A stretch of 64,000 bases of DNA from a bacterium (GCA_021814695.1 JAKAHY010000002.1:8920-72919), one strand, 5' to 3'; positions 37,492 to 48,188 are shown, counted from the first letter of the stretch. The notes: generated by a model from the sequence alone, not told the origin. Translations and numbers: made by a program.

Positions 37492-37833
37492 TTGCATATG
37501 AATAAAATAAAAAAATTAACTTCTGCGACAGTCATGTCGGAATGCTGCCTTCCTGGAAAAACTTTAAAAAAAGTCAAAAAAACATCCGATCTTTTGAAAA
37601 TAATTTCCGAAGCCAATCGTCTGAAGATTCTGTGTATTCTAAAAAGGGGTGAGCGATGTGCCTGCGATATTGCTCGTGATATTGGTGTTTCTCAAAATCT
37701 GGCATCGCACCACTTAAAGACATTAAAAGAAGGGGGGGTGGTTGAATCGCGTCGAAAGGGTCTCGAAATTATTTATCGCTTAAGAAAAGAATCACTAAAC
37801 AAATTTAATTCAATATTAAACAATCTTTTTTAA
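37492..37833 (+). CDS. ArsR/SmtB-family metal-sensing transcriptional repressor
   Basis: Helix-turn-helix LKILCILKRGERCACDIARDIGVSQNLASHHLKTLKEGGVV plus an N-terminal CC pair. Confidence 0.8.
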   Translation: MHMNKIKKLTSATVMSECCLPGKTLKKVKKTSDLLKIISEANRLKILCILKRGERCACDIARDIGVSQNLASHHLKTLKEGGVVESRRKGLEIIYRLRKESLNKFNSILNNLF

Positions 37834-37837
37834 TTTT

Positions 37838-38086
37838 ATGGAAAATAACATTATTCAGGTTCTGGGTTCCGGTTGTCCCACTTGCCAAAAACTTTATGAA
37901 ATAACTAAAAAAACAGTAGGCGAGCTTGGGCTGAATATAGAAGTTGATTATATTACCGACGTTCAAAAAATATTGGATATGGGGCTTATGCAAAGTCCGG
38001 TTTTGGCGATAAATGGCAAGCCGGCTATGGTTGGCTTTACACCCGATATGGCGAAAATAAAAAAAATAATTAAGGACAACCTATAG
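37838..38086 (+). CDS. Thioredoxin-fold redox-active disulfide protein (Thioredoxin_3 family)
   Basis: 82 aa with a GSGCPTCQ CxxC motif. Confidence 0.7.
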   Translation: MENNIIQVLGSGCPTCQKLYEITKKTVGELGLNIEVDYITDVQKILDMGLMQSPVLAINGKPAMVGFTPDMAKIKKIIKDNL

Positions 38087-38090
38087 TTTT

Positions 38091-38990
38091 ATGGAAAATC
38101 ATAAACACACATCTTCTCCAAAAAATCTCGTTGTCGCAATCGTCATAAATGCTGTAATTGTTGTGACAGAAATCATCTTCGGTGTAATTGCCAGAAGCAT
38201 GGCTTTAATTTCCGAAGCACTGCACAATTTTACCGATATCGGTTCTATGACCTTAAGTTGGTATGGTGAAAAGGTGACTAACAGGCCAAAAACAAGCACA
38301 AAAACTTACGGCTATAAACGTGCGGAAGTTATTATTGCTTTTGTTAATGGTGGCGTACTTTTGGGGGTGAGTGGCTGGGTTTTGATTGAATCGGTCATGA
38401 GAATATTTAACCCGGAACCGGTTGGCGGATTTATTATGCTCGTCGTGGCCATTATATCGCTTTTAGGCAACGGTCTGGCCGCATATATTCTTGAGAGAGA
38501 TTCTAAAAAGAACCTGAATCTAAAAAGTACCTGGCTTCATTCATTGCAAGACGCTCTGTTTTCACTTGGCGTTGTCATGGCGGCCGTTATTATCTACTAC
38601 ACCGGATGGAATATTGTTGACCCCATTGTTTCCATCGTGGTGTCGCTATTTCTGCTCAAGGAGGTTTACAAAATTTTGTCAGAGTCGGTTAGTATGCTTT
38701 TGGACTCGGTACCGGACGATTTGGATTTTGAGGAGATTAAAGAAGCCCTGAAAAAATTTGATGGAGTGACAAATATCAATGATTTACATATATGGCAGAC
38801 GGGATCGCATGATCGTTTTTTGAGCGTGCACATGGTCATTAGCGAAATGCCGGAAGCGGAAAGAGTAAAAATTCTGGCTAAGGTCATGGTTTTACTAAAA
38901 GATAAATACAACATCCAACATCCAACGCTTCAGATGGTATCGGCACGGGAAATAAAAGAGATCGGACTGGAACGTGAGCATTGCAATTAG
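38091..38990 (+). CDS. Cation diffusion facilitator (CzcD/ZitB-like) transporter
   Basis: 6 TM segments, HNFTD motif and a C-terminal cytoplasmic domain. Confidence 0.85.
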   Translation: MENHKHTSSPKNLVVAIVINAVIVVTEIIFGVIARSMALISEALHNFTDIGSMTLSWYGEKVTNRPKTSTKTYGYKRAEVIIAFVNGGVLLGVSGWVLIESVMRIFNPEPVGGFIMLVVAIISLLGNGLAAYILERDSKKNLNLKSTWLHSLQDALFSLGVVMAAVIIYYTGWNIVDPIVSIVVSLFLLKEVYKILSESVSMLLDSVPDDLDFEEIKEALKKFDGVTNINDLHIWQTGSHDRFLSVHMVISEMPEAERVKILAKVMVLLKDKYNIQHPTLQMVSAREIKEIGLEREHCN

Positions 38991-39019
38991 AATTAACATT
39001 AATTTGACTGATAAGGATT

Positions 39020-39799
39020 ATGTCTCTTATTACAATTATTATTTTAAGCTCAATCGTTGGTATTATCACCGCCGGTCTTTCTATTAGATTTGACCGATTT
39101 TTTGTCATGCTTCTGCTATTGTTTTTGGCTGGTGTGGAAATAAAAAATGCAGTTAATATTTTTTTGATAATTATTTTTTTGGGTGCGGCGATGATCTTAG
39201 TTGAAAACAAGGAAAATTTAAGAAAAATACCGGCTGAAAATATAACTAAATTTTTGACAATTATACCAATGCTTACATGGCTCTTCTCTTTTTTAGGGAC
39301 GTGGGCATTTATGAGCGTTTCCTCGGTAACATTAATCGCAACGTTTGGTGTGCTGACTTTTTTTTATGGCCTGCGCATGACTCTCATACATTTCAAGGAG
39401 GAAGAAAAAAATCACATACACGGAATGCCGGTAATGCAAAAATTTTGCGGATTGGCTGGACCTATGATCAGCGGATTTTTTGTGGGTTTTATTGGCACCT
39501 CGCTTAAATCGCTTAAGATCCCATTTGCGGTAAAGTTTGGGAAAATGAATTTGTCGCAAGTATATATCGGAAACGCTATTACGGCTGCATATGCGTCTTT
39601 GTTTGCTATTATGTGGCGTTTTGTTTTTGGTATTGGCAATGTTTTATTTCTGTTATATGGCGTGGCGATTTGGGGTACGATCCATGGAGTTTCGGATTTA
39701 GTCTCGCCGGTATTCCCAGGGCGTTGGAAAAAGGGTTTTCAAATTATCGTCGGTCTAGCTTTGTTAATCGCGGCAGTTAAGGTTTTCAAACTGATATAA
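39020..39799 (+). CDS. Hypothetical polytopic membrane protein (possibly a TauE-like exporter)
   Basis: 259 aa with about 7 TM segments. Confidence 0.3.
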   Translation: MSLITIIILSSIVGIITAGLSIRFDRFFVMLLLLFLAGVEIKNAVNIFLIIIFLGAAMILVENKENLRKIPAENITKFLTIIPMLTWLFSFLGTWAFMSVSSVTLIATFGVLTFFYGLRMTLIHFKEEEKNHIHGMPVMQKFCGLAGPMISGFFVGFIGTSLKSLKIPFAVKFGKMNLSQVYIGNAITAAYASLFAIMWRFVFGIGNVLFLLYGVAIWGTIHGVSDLVSPVFPGRWKKGFQIIVGLALLIAAVKVFKLI

Positions 39800-39813
39800 A
39801 ATTAAAAATAACT

Positions 39814-40239
39814 ATGGAAAAGATATTTAATGTAAGAGTAAGGCAAATAAATGGAGGTCGAGTCGAATCCGAAGCGCATGGACAGAAAATAATTCTTTCT
39901 ACAAATGGCAATGATCCAAATTTGGGGATTACAGCTCCGGAAACTGTTTTGGCGGCTTTGGGAACTTGTATTGTCTCTAATATAAATAAAATTGCCAGTG
40001 AGTTGGGATTAAAAATTGACGACGTAGTCATTACGTTTGAGGCAAAAAAACGTTTGGATCCTTTGGGAATTAAAGATTTATACTACACGGTTAAAATTCA
40101 AAGTCCGGAACCGGTAGAAAAATTGCAGACATTGTATGAAATGGCGACTACTAATGGGACCGCTACCAATGCTCTCTTGGAGGGGATTGAGCCTATTGGA
40201 AAATTATTAATAAATGTAGCAAGTAATGCCGTGCAATAA
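39814..40239 (+). CDS. OsmC/Ohr-family protein
   Basis: PETVLAALGTCIVSNI motif. Confidence 0.65.
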   Translation: MEKIFNVRVRQINGGRVESEAHGQKIILSTNGNDPNLGITAPETVLAALGTCIVSNINKIASELGLKIDDVVITFEAKKRLDPLGIKDLYYTVKIQSPEPVEKLQTLYEMATTNGTATNALLEGIEPIGKLLINVASNAVQ

Positions 40240-40254
40240 TAGCACAACGTAGTT

Positions 40255-41457
40255 ATGAAAAAACCAACCCTATCGGAACTTTTTAAAACAGCTCTTTATA
40301 TAGGTGCTATCGGCTACGGCGGAGCAGCAAATTTGGCACTGATGAAAAAGACCTTTGTACATGAAAAGGAATGGATCTCAGAAAAGGATTTTATGGAAGC
40401 GCTTAGTTTATCGCAGATTATTCCAGGTTCTACGGGGGTTAGTTTGATGGGAAATATTGGATTTAGATTTCACCGCATATTGGGTGGCATTTTAATCCCA
40501 CTTGCATTTATGTTCCCGGCAACTATCGCGATTCTTATTCTTTCGTGGGCATATTTTTATTTTGGCAACACTTCATTTGTTCAGTCGTTATTTCTCGGTT
40601 TGGGCGCGCTGGTAGTAGCGCTTCTGGTTAATGCGACGTGGATGTTGGGTAAATCGGTTTTTAAAAAGGTATCTATTAATGATTGGAAAGGTTTCTTTAT
40701 TACTATAATTACCTTTGTTGGTGTTTTTTTTATTAAGGTTAATGTGATTTATCTTATTCTAACCGCTGGATTGTTGGGTTTTGTATTTTATTATTTTACT
40801 AAAGAATTTGAAGGTGAAAAGACAAAAGAGGGAAAATCAATTTTATCCGAACCGACGATATCGGCATGGAAATTAATGAGTGTTGAAGATTGGGGTGCGT
40901 TGTCCATATTACTCATTCTTGTTGTTATTGGATTTATCTTTCCATTAGTTAGTAAATTGTTTGCGACATTCGTTAAAATCGGGCTCTTTGCTTTTGGTGG
41001 AGGATTTGCGGTTATCCCTCTTATTCAGAATCAGGTTGTTGCCGTTCATGGCTGGATGACCACTAAAGAATTTATCGACGGAATCGCGCTGGGACAAGTA
41101 ACGCCGGGACCGGTATTGGTAACCGCAACGTTTGTGGGGTATCGCGTGGCCGGAATTTTGGGTGCGCTGTTTTCTACATTGGCTATATTTTTGATTCCGA
41201 TTCTTTCAGTGATCGCTCTCGCCGATATTCATGCAAAAGTCCGTAATTTAAAAGCGGTAAAAGTTGTCGTAAAGGGATTTTTGTCTGGTTTTATTGGATT
41301 ATTGATTGCCATAACTTTACAATTTGCCTCCAAATCTTTATTGGGTTGGCAAACGTGGCTAATTTTTATCGCGTCATTGGTGTGGATCATGTATTTAAAA
41401 AAAGATTCCATTTGGGCGATATTGGGAACGATCGCGCTATCGTTATTAATATTTTAA
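40255..41457 (+). CDS. chrA: Chromate transporter ChrA (two fused halves)
   Basis: IGAIGYGGAANLALM and IPGSTG in the first half, repeated (FGGGFAV, VTPGP) in the second half. Confidence 0.8.
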   Translation: MKKPTLSELFKTALYIGAIGYGGAANLALMKKTFVHEKEWISEKDFMEALSLSQIIPGSTGVSLMGNIGFRFHRILGGILIPLAFMFPATIAILILSWAYFYFGNTSFVQSLFLGLGALVVALLVNATWMLGKSVFKKVSINDWKGFFITIITFVGVFFIKVNVIYLILTAGLLGFVFYYFTKEFEGEKTKEGKSILSEPTISAWKLMSVEDWGALSILLILVVIGFIFPLVSKLFATFVKIGLFAFGGGFAVIPLIQNQVVAVHGWMTTKEFIDGIALGQVTPGPVLVTATFVGYRVAGILGALFSTLAIFLIPILSVIALADIHAKVRNLKAVKVVVKGFLSGFIGLLIAITLQFASKSLLGWQTWLIFIASLVWIMYLKKDSIWAILGTIALSLLIF

Positions 41458-41467
41458 AAATAATTTT

Positions 41468-42436
41468 ATGGACATTTTTTATCCTTTACAGGCGCTTGCC
41501 GATTGGCTGACTTATTCGGTTTTCGGTATTATTCCCAAAACGCTTCTGGCCAGCGCGGTAAATTTTTTTATTTTTGACACGACAAAGATATTAGTTCTTT
41601 TGTCGGTGATTATATTTTTTGTTTCAATTATCCGCTCATATCTGCCACCGGAAAAAATCAGGGCTGTTTTGGCACACAAAAATGAATTTGTTGGGAATAT
41701 TTTAGCGTCTCTCTTGGGGATAATTACTCCGTTTTGTTCCTGCTCGGCCATCCCGCTTTTTTTGGGATTTGTTCAGGCTGGAGTTCCATTGGGGACAACT
41801 TTTTCTTTTTTGGTTTCTTCGCCTATGGTCAACGAGGTGGCCTTGGTAATGCTTCTTGGACTTTTTGGCTGGAAAATTGCCCTAATTTATATTATCAGCG
41901 GACTGATTATTGCCATTTTTTCCGGAATTGTTATTGGAAAAATGAAAATGGAAAATTTAGTTGAGCCATTTGTTTATCAGAACGCTCTTAGTGGTGACAG
42001 CATTGATTTTCCGAGAATGTCTTGTAAGGAAAGAATAATTTACGCCAAAGATTACACGTTGGATATTTTAAAAAAAGTTTGGTTGTATGTTTTAATCGGT
42101 ATTGGTATGGGAGCTTGGATACATGGTTATGTGCCAGCAGATTTTTTGGCACAATACGCCGGATCGGGAAAGTGGTATGCAGTTCCATTGGCGGTACTGA
42201 TTGGCATTCCGCTTTATTCCAATGCCGCCGGAGTAATTCCACTGGTTAGTGCTTTAACCGAAAAAGGAGTGGCAATGGGAACAACGTTGGCTTTCATGAT
42301 GTCGGTAACGGCACTTTCGTTGCCGGAGTTTATGATTTTAAAAAAAGTTATGAAAGTCAGGTTAATTTTGATTTTTGCTGGAATTGTTGGTATTGGAATT
42401 ATGCTCATCGGATTTTTGTTTAACTGGATTTTGTAA
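41468..42436 (+). CDS. Predicted permease (DUF318/YraQ family)
   Basis: ITPFCSCSAIPLF motif, 8 TM segments; commonly linked to thioredoxin-like genes. Confidence 0.6.
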   Translation: MDIFYPLQALADWLTYSVFGIIPKTLLASAVNFFIFDTTKILVLLSVIIFFVSIIRSYLPPEKIRAVLAHKNEFVGNILASLLGIITPFCSCSAIPLFLGFVQAGVPLGTTFSFLVSSPMVNEVALVMLLGLFGWKIALIYIISGLIIAIFSGIVIGKMKMENLVEPFVYQNALSGDSIDFPRMSCKERIIYAKDYTLDILKKVWLYVLIGIGMGAWIHGYVPADFLAQYAGSGKWYAVPLAVLIGIPLYSNAAGVIPLVSALTEKGVAMGTTLAFMMSVTALSLPEFMILKKVMKVRLILIFAGIVGIGIMLIGFLFNWIL

Positions 42437-42519
42437 TTTAATTAAATTTTAAACCCTTGCCAGTCGTTCATTTTTGACGTATTGTTTGGTTAGTATTTTT
42501 CAAACGAAAGGAGACAATA

Positions 42520-43005
42520 ATGGACGCCGACGATGTTGTTATCAATGATAGTATGGAAGTCGTTTATGAAGATGATTATCACATCAAGAAATGCCCGACT
42601 GATGGATTTATCCAATTCAGCGAAGTGGTTGAATTAGAAGACCAGAAAATTTACAGATCGGTTCTTTTGGATGAATCTAAAAAAGAGATAGCGGTCGGAT
42701 TTTTCCACCGTTCGGAAATTAAACCATTTGATGCGGTTTATGTAAAAATCATGGACGAAAAAAAGGGTGGATATTTGGTTTATTACAATGCCACATCCCA
42801 AAGCTATGGGTTTATGCAGGGGGGCGCTGTCTGGATTCCCAAGGATTTGTTATCGGTAATGACAAATCGCACAATCAGAGGTATTGTCGATGGCAGAATG
42901 GTAACTCTCAAGTGCAAATGCGGGGAAGAACTGGTGATGGCTGCTGGCCTGCCGAGAACTTTGGCCGCGTGTCCCAAGTGCAAACGTGCTGATCATGTTG
43001 TTTAA
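42520..43005 (+). CDS. Hypothetical protein with a C-terminal Cys4 zinc ribbon
   Basis: CKCGEE...CPKCKRA. Confidence 0.4.
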   Translation: MDADDVVINDSMEVVYEDDYHIKKCPTDGFIQFSEVVELEDQKIYRSVLLDESKKEIAVGFFHRSEIKPFDAVYVKIMDEKKGGYLVYYNATSQSYGFMQGGAVWIPKDLLSVMTNRTIRGIVDGRMVTLKCKCGEELVMAAGLPRTLAACPKCKRADHVV

Positions 43006-43053
43006 TTAATATATTTTTGGGCGCGAAGCGCCCTTTTTTGTTACAATAAAATA

Positions 43054-43938
43054 ATGAGAAAAACATTTTATATTATCTTAATCATACTGCCGGTTGTATT
43101 CGCAGTAGCCATTTATTTATTTTCAAGAAGTTCCACTTCAAAAGAAAGCGGATTAAAAATAGCGACGACTATTTTCCCTGTTTTTGACATCGCAAGAAAT
43201 ATTGTTGGCGATAAAATTCAGGTTATTCAGGTAGTTCCTCCGGGAGCCAGTCCGCATACTTTTGAGGTAACTCCCCAAACGGCATTGGAACTGCAAGGCG
43301 TCAAGGCGATATTTAAAATAGGAAATGGGCTTGATGACTGGATTGACGGCGTTGCCCAAAGCGGCGCCCCAAACGCTCGGATTTTTACGCTCTCGCAAGG
43401 AATAGATTTGAGGAAATTTTCAGACGGCAGTGTTGATCCTCACTACTGGCTGGCGTTAAATAATGCGCAAATAATCGCTCAAAATATTTTTCAGGATGTT
43501 TTGGAAATTGATCCTGCCAATAAAGATTATTATCAATCTAATCTGGATGCTTACTTGAAAAAACTTGATACTGCCGACAAAAAGATATCGGCAACTTTGG
43601 CCGACGTTTCTCAAAAAAACATCGCCACTTTCCATGATGCTTGGTATTATTTTGCCCAAAGATATGGACTTAACGTTATCACCGCTTTTGAGCCGTTTCC
43701 CGGAAAAGAACCCACCCCCCAATATCTTTCGCAATTTATAAACGATATAAAAAAATATAATTTGAAAGTTGTTTTTATAGAACCTCAATTTTCGTCTCAA
43801 AGTTTGGAACAAATCGCTAAAGACCAGGGAGTTAATTTGGTCTTAATCAATCCGGCTGATGGCGGAGCTTCGGGAAATGACGATTTGATAACGCTGCTTG
43901 AAAATGATGCTCAAATAATGGCTTCCGTGCTAAAATAG
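43054..43938 (+). CDS. znuA: Zinc/manganese ABC transporter substrate-binding protein
   Basis: IATTIFPVFDIARNIVGD...PGASPHTFE...DPHYWL. Confidence 0.85.
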   Translation: MRKTFYIILIILPVVFAVAIYLFSRSSTSKESGLKIATTIFPVFDIARNIVGDKIQVIQVVPPGASPHTFEVTPQTALELQGVKAIFKIGNGLDDWIDGVAQSGAPNARIFTLSQGIDLRKFSDGSVDPHYWLALNNAQIIAQNIFQDVLEIDPANKDYYQSNLDAYLKKLDTADKKISATLADVSQKNIATFHDAWYYFAQRYGLNVITAFEPFPGKEPTPQYLSQFINDIKKYNLKVVFIEPQFSSQSLEQIAKDQGVNLVLINPADGGASGNDDLITLLENDAQIMASVLK

Positions 43939-43942
43939 AAAA

Positions 43943-44653
43943 ATGGATCCGCTACTGGATGTTAAAAATTTATCGGTAAAATTTGGTGATGTTTCCGTCT
44001 TGGAAAACGTCAATTTTTCTTTGAACAAGGGAGATATCTTGACGATTATCGGTCCTAACGGAGCCGGCAAAACGGTATTGGTAAAATCCATACTCGGATT
44101 AATTAGTCACGAGGGAATAGTTGAATTTAACGGCCGACCGGTTTTGTCCCAACTTTCAAAAATAGGTTATGTTCCTCAGCGGCTTGATTTTGACCGGACA
44201 TTTCCGATTACCGCCAAAGAATTACTGGATTTGGTTTCAAAAAAAACAACTTCCGAAGAAACAAAAACCGTTTGTCAGCATCTTGAAATAGAAAATATTC
44301 TTTCAAAAAAGATTGGAACGCTTTCAGGTGGTCAAATGCAAAGAGTTTTAATCGCTCGGGCGGTTATGGGTGGTCCCGAACTTTTGATTATGGATGAGCC
44401 GACGGCGGGAGTGGATATCGGCGGCGTTAAAAATTTTTACGACATAGTCGGTCATTTAAACAAAGAACACGGGATGACGATTATATTAATATCCCATGAA
44501 ATAAATATGGTCTATTCGCTGGCAAGCAAGGTTTTGTGTTTGAATAAACAAATGCTTTGCGTTGGAACTCCCAAGCAGGCGATTACCAGAAAAATTTTGG
44601 ATAAGCTTTATGGAGGAAGTGTCGGCCCCAGGGAACATAATCACTTAAATTAG
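43943..44653 (+). CDS. znuC: Zinc ABC transporter ATP-binding protein
   Basis: GPNGAGKT, LSGGQMQR and LIMDEPTAGVD motifs. Confidence 0.9.
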   Translation: MDPLLDVKNLSVKFGDVSVLENVNFSLNKGDILTIIGPNGAGKTVLVKSILGLISHEGIVEFNGRPVLSQLSKIGYVPQRLDFDRTFPITAKELLDLVSKKTTSEETKTVCQHLEIENILSKKIGTLSGGQMQRVLIARAVMGGPELLIMDEPTAGVDIGGVKNFYDIVGHLNKEHGMTIILISHEINMVYSLASKVLCLNKQMLCVGTPKQAITRKILDKLYGGSVGPREHNHLN

Positions 44654-44677
44654 CAAGCAATAATCGATATTCGATAA

Positions 44678-45487
44678 ATGGAAAACATAATCAATCTAAT
44701 TTCATATCCGTTTGTTTTGAGGGCAATATTTGCCGGAATTGTTACTGCGGCACTGCTGGCTTTCTTAGGGGTTTTTGTGGTGTTAAGAAAAATGTCTTTT
44801 TACAGCGACGGTATCGCGCATGCGTCTTTGGCCGGAGTGGCGGCGGGAATTTTGCTTTCCAGCCAGCCGCTTTTGTGGGCAATGATTGTTGGAATTATTT
44901 TTGCGATTTTGGTTTTTTGGCTGGAAAAAAGAACTTCGGTTTCGGTTGATGCGATTATCGGAGTTTTGTTTACCGCTAGTTTGGCCTTGGGTGTGGTTTT
45001 GATGAATTTCAAATCGGGATATCAGCCAGATTTAATCAGTTTTCTTTTTGGAAATATTCTGACGATTCAATATTCGGATATCTGGCTTATTTTAATTATC
45101 GCTTTAATTACCGGAATTTTTATGACAATTAATTACAAAAAATATTTGCTTTTATCGTTAAATAAGGACTTGGCTTATCTTTCGGGAATAAATCTTTCTT
45201 TATATCAATTGTTGTTTTATATCGCCTTATCGGTTTCGGTTATTTTGGGAATAAAAATTGTAGGAGTGGTTTTGGTTAGTGCTTTAGTGATTATTCCCGT
45301 TTCTATCGCGAAACTTTTTTCGGTCTCAGCAAAGTCCTTGGTAGTTTGGAGCATTGTCTTATCGGAAATAATTATGCTTTTAGGCGTAATGCTGTCTTTA
45401 ATATTTAATTTGCCTACCGGAGCGACAATCGTTCTTGTTGGAGCAGTTATATTTTTTGGAGGAGTTTTAATTTTAAAAAAATTATAA
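44678..45487 (+). CDS. znuB: Zinc ABC transporter permease (ABC-3 family)
   Basis: 269 aa with 8 TM segments, following znuC. Confidence 0.85.
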   Translation: MENIINLISYPFVLRAIFAGIVTAALLAFLGVFVVLRKMSFYSDGIAHASLAGVAAGILLSSQPLLWAMIVGIIFAILVFWLEKRTSVSVDAIIGVLFTASLALGVVLMNFKSGYQPDLISFLFGNILTIQYSDIWLILIIALITGIFMTINYKKYLLLSLNKDLAYLSGINLSLYQLLFYIALSVSVILGIKIVGVVLVSALVIIPVSIAKLFSVSAKSLVVWSIVLSEIIMLLGVMLSLIFNLPTGATIVLVGAVIFFGGVLILKKL

Positions 45488-45539
45488 TTTTAACCGGCTG
45501 GAAATGCCGGAGCACAAGTGTATAATCAAGTTAATTTTT

Positions 45540-46055
45540 ATGAATAAGAAAAAATTTTTACCGGCAGCTATAGTGGCTTTTTTTGTGGGAATTTTCTGGG
45601 CATTTCCCGCTCAAGCCGTATGTCCCGTTTGCACCGTTGCCGTTGGGGCGGGCGTGGGATTGGCGAGGTATCTTGGAGTTGACGATACAATTACCGGAAC
45701 TTGGATAGGAGGATTAATGATTTCGTTAATATTTTGGACTCTCAGTTGGTTTGATAAAAAAAAGATATTCTTTAAAGGCAAAGTCGCACTAACGGTAGTC
45801 TTGTATTACGGATTGGTTGTCGTTCCTCTCGTCTGGATAGATGTCATTGGCCACCCTCTCAATAAATTATGGGGTTTTGACAAATTATTGCTTGGGATAA
45901 CATTCGGCAGCGCGGTATTTCTCGCGGCGAATTATTTGTACGAAATATTAAAAAGAAAAAACGGAGGGAGGGCTTGGTTTCCATTCCAAAAAATAATTAT
46001 GCCTGTTTTAGCTCTTATAATAACAAGCGGAATATTTTATTTTATAACCAAATAA
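45540..46055 (+). CDS. Hypothetical membrane protein with a CPVC motif. The track ORF starts at 45504; the ATG at 45540 is the likely start
   Basis: Signal/TM segment, AVCPVCTVAV, 4 TM segments. Confidence 0.35.
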   Translation: MNKKKFLPAAIVAFFVGIFWAFPAQAVCPVCTVAVGAGVGLARYLGVDDTITGTWIGGLMISLIFWTLSWFDKKKIFFKGKVALTVVLYYGLVVVPLVWIDVIGHPLNKLWGFDKLLLGITFGSAVFLAANYLYEILKRKNGGRAWFPFQKIIMPVLALIITSGIFYFITK

Positions 46056-46059
46056 ATCT

Positions 46060-46590
46060 ATGAATAATCCGATAAAAAACGTTGACGAGTTCATAAAAAA
46101 AGTCGGTGAAATGAAAAAACAAGACAAGTTCGATTTGTCTTCGGACGAAGACCTGTCTATTGCGGTCATGAATCTGGTTAGTATAGAGGAGCATTTTTTC
46201 TTTACGGCCGAGAAAACCGGCAGGAGTGAATATTTTGACCTGCTCAAGGAGGTGAGAGAAATGCGCAAAGAACTCCTTAAGAAATTAATAAAAGAATATG
46301 AAGGCGAAGTCTGGTGTATTTCAAAACATTTATTGGCTGCTTCTATGCGATTAATGGAGGTTGGCACAAAACAGCTTGGGGCCGGAAATAAAAAGGAGGC
46401 AAGAGAACTTTTTGAAAAGGCCTACAATCTTTATTCGTTGTTCTGGGGAGTAAATATGAAATTAATCGGTTCCAAGGATTTGAAAAAAATAGACGATAAC
46501 GCCTTAAATCGTCATGATTCCAAAAAAAGCGGATTCATGGGCAAACTAGGAGAATTGGTCAAAAAAGCGATTGATTGTTGCATTGAATAA
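46060..46590 (+). CDS. Hypothetical cytoplasmic protein
   Basis: 176 aa, no recognizable motif. Confidence 0.35.
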   Translation: MNNPIKNVDEFIKKVGEMKKQDKFDLSSDEDLSIAVMNLVSIEEHFFFTAEKTGRSEYFDLLKEVREMRKELLKKLIKEYEGEVWCISKHLLAASMRLMEVGTKQLGAGNKKEARELFEKAYNLYSLFWGVNMKLIGSKDLKKIDDNALNRHDSKKSGFMGKLGELVKKAIDCCIE

Positions 46591-46672
46591 AACCTCCAGT
46601 GAGTAGCCACAGATAAATACGGATTAAACAGATTTATGCGGATAATAAAAAAGAGTCGCTAACAGCGATTCT

Positions 46673-46993
46673 TTATTTTTTGGATTTATTTGCGGCTCGG
46701 CGCAGCTGCCAATTGATGTGACGGTAAAAACGGGGAAGGTGCTTACGATCAGTTGCGCGAAGCAAGGATTCCAACCCCCGTTTATCAAGAGACAATCCCA
46801 AGCATCTGAATTTATTCAGCAAAGCGGCATCTTCCTTATAGCCGCACGGATAAAAATTTAATACGCGCTTGAATTGTTTAAATGTTTCAACAAGTTCAAT
46901 GAGCCGTATGATTCTTGGGTCGTTTTTGTCCAATAACGGGATTTGGCTTGTGTGGATATTGCGCAGTTGTTTTCCGAAGGCAGTAGGAACCAC
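46673..46993 (-). CDS. Hypothetical basic protein (106 aa)
   Basis: The ORF has a terminator on each side; no confident family assignment. Confidence 0.3.
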   Translation of the reverse strand: MVPTAFGKQLRNIHTSQIPLLDKNDPRIIRLIELVETFKQFKRVLNFYPCGYKEDAALLNKFRCLGLSLDKRGLESLLRATDRKHLPRFYRHINWQLRRAANKSKK

Positions 46994-47125
46994 AAGACCT
47001 CCTTGTGATAAGTTCTAACGGGTAGTATCTGATATTTTTGGATATGAATCAAGTATTTGGTCCAATTGTTTATCGGGATAATTATTGACATTATTCTTTT
47101 ATAGTGGTATAAAATAATCAGCAGC

Positions 47126-47791
47126 TTGATTCAAATACGGCTGCGGAAAAGGACGGACATACACATGTCCGAAGAAGCTATCCGCATCAGCAACACCGCA
47201 GGGATTTTTCTGGTTATTCTTCCATCTTCAGGCGAGACGGAAGTGAAGACGGTATTGGTATTGGGAAAGTCTGAATTGGTAGAGCAGAGCAACGGCACTG
47301 TTTTTTCCAAGCCGCGCATGTGGGGATTGCCCAAGGGAAGGATGAAGTCCGATACGGATGAAGACGTTGTCACAACCGCCCTCCGAGAGTTTCAGGAGGA
47401 AACCGGAATCACCGAGATTTCCAAGGGTATGATCAATTGGGAGTTGTCCGTAACGGAGAAGGAATGTTCACTCCGTCCGGGCTCAGACGAACATCACAAG
47501 ACGTTTTTCCTGGTGGTTATGAAGAAAACGCCCAAGATCGGAATTCCTGTCGATCCCAAGATTGAGAAAGCCCAGATTTTTTCCATCAGCGAACTTCCCA
47601 TCACGGGCGGAACAAAGTTGGCCAAAAGTCATGCTCGGGCCATGAGCGCACTTCTGGAAAAGTGCCGGCCACAGCTTTTGGCAGAAGGCGTCCATCCCAT
47701 GGTTTTGGCTATGTGCGAGGTAGGCCTGTCCCACAAGCCGGGAGAAAATAAACCCGATGACGAAAAGAACAATTTCCGCAATCAGCGGTAA
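47126..47791 (+). CDS. NUDIX hydrolase (GC-richer than its surroundings)
   Basis: Nudix box GLPKGRMKSDTDEDVVTTALREFQEETGI. The start may be the ATG at 47164. A TTGACA-17-TATAAA promoter lies at 47089-47117. Confidence 0.75.
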   Translation: MIQIRLRKRTDIHMSEEAIRISNTAGIFLVILPSSGETEVKTVLVLGKSELVEQSNGTVFSKPRMWGLPKGRMKSDTDEDVVTTALREFQEETGITEISKGMINWELSVTEKECSLRPGSDEHHKTFFLVVMKKTPKIGIPVDPKIEKAQIFSISELPITGGTKLAKSHARAMSALLEKCRPQLLAEGVHPMVLAMCEVGLSHKPGENKPDDEKNNFRNQR

Positions 47792-47839
47792 CTCCGAGCA
47801 TGTCTCGGAGATTTTTTTAATCAAAAAATAATATTTGAA

Positions 47840-47960
47840 AATATCCCGACAAGTGAGGGGATTTTGTATAGTCCTTCTTCGCATAAAGCTTCGAAGGACA
47901 CTTTTCGTCTGGCTTGCACTTCGTAGCTCGCCAGGGCGAAGAAGTGAGCGGGTAAGGGGA
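47840..47960. repeat. Perfect about 121 bp direct repeat, copy 1 (duplicate of the tRNA-Gly(TCC) 3' end plus about 105 nt of trailer)
   Basis: Identical to 48069-48188. Confidence 0.8.
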
Positions 47961-48068
47961 AGTCTTACGCTCACCCCCGACCCCCGCTTAAGAAACCTTC
48001 GGGTTTCTTACGTCCCTATTTTCCAACACGGGGGTTCGCATTCGACTCCCAAACTCACCCACAAAAAA
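47961..48068 (-). repeat. tRNA-trailer mini-element copy E5 (rearranged family member) sitting between the two 121 bp direct repeats
   Basis: Minus strand carries gtgttggaaaatagg, hairpin GACGTAAGAAACC-cgaa-GGTTTCTTAAGC and gggggtcggggg modules. Confidence 0.5.
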
Positions 48069-48188
48069 ATATCCCGACAAGTGAGGGGATTTTGTATAGT
48101 CCTTCTTCGCATAAAGCTTCGAAGGACACTTTTCGTCTGGCTTGCACTTCGTAGCTCGCCAGGGCGAAGAAGTGAGCGGGTAAGGGGA
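48069..48188. repeat. Perfect about 121 bp direct repeat, copy 2 (overlaps the true tRNA-Gly(TCC) 3' end and trailer)
   Basis: Identical to 47840-47960. Confidence 0.8.
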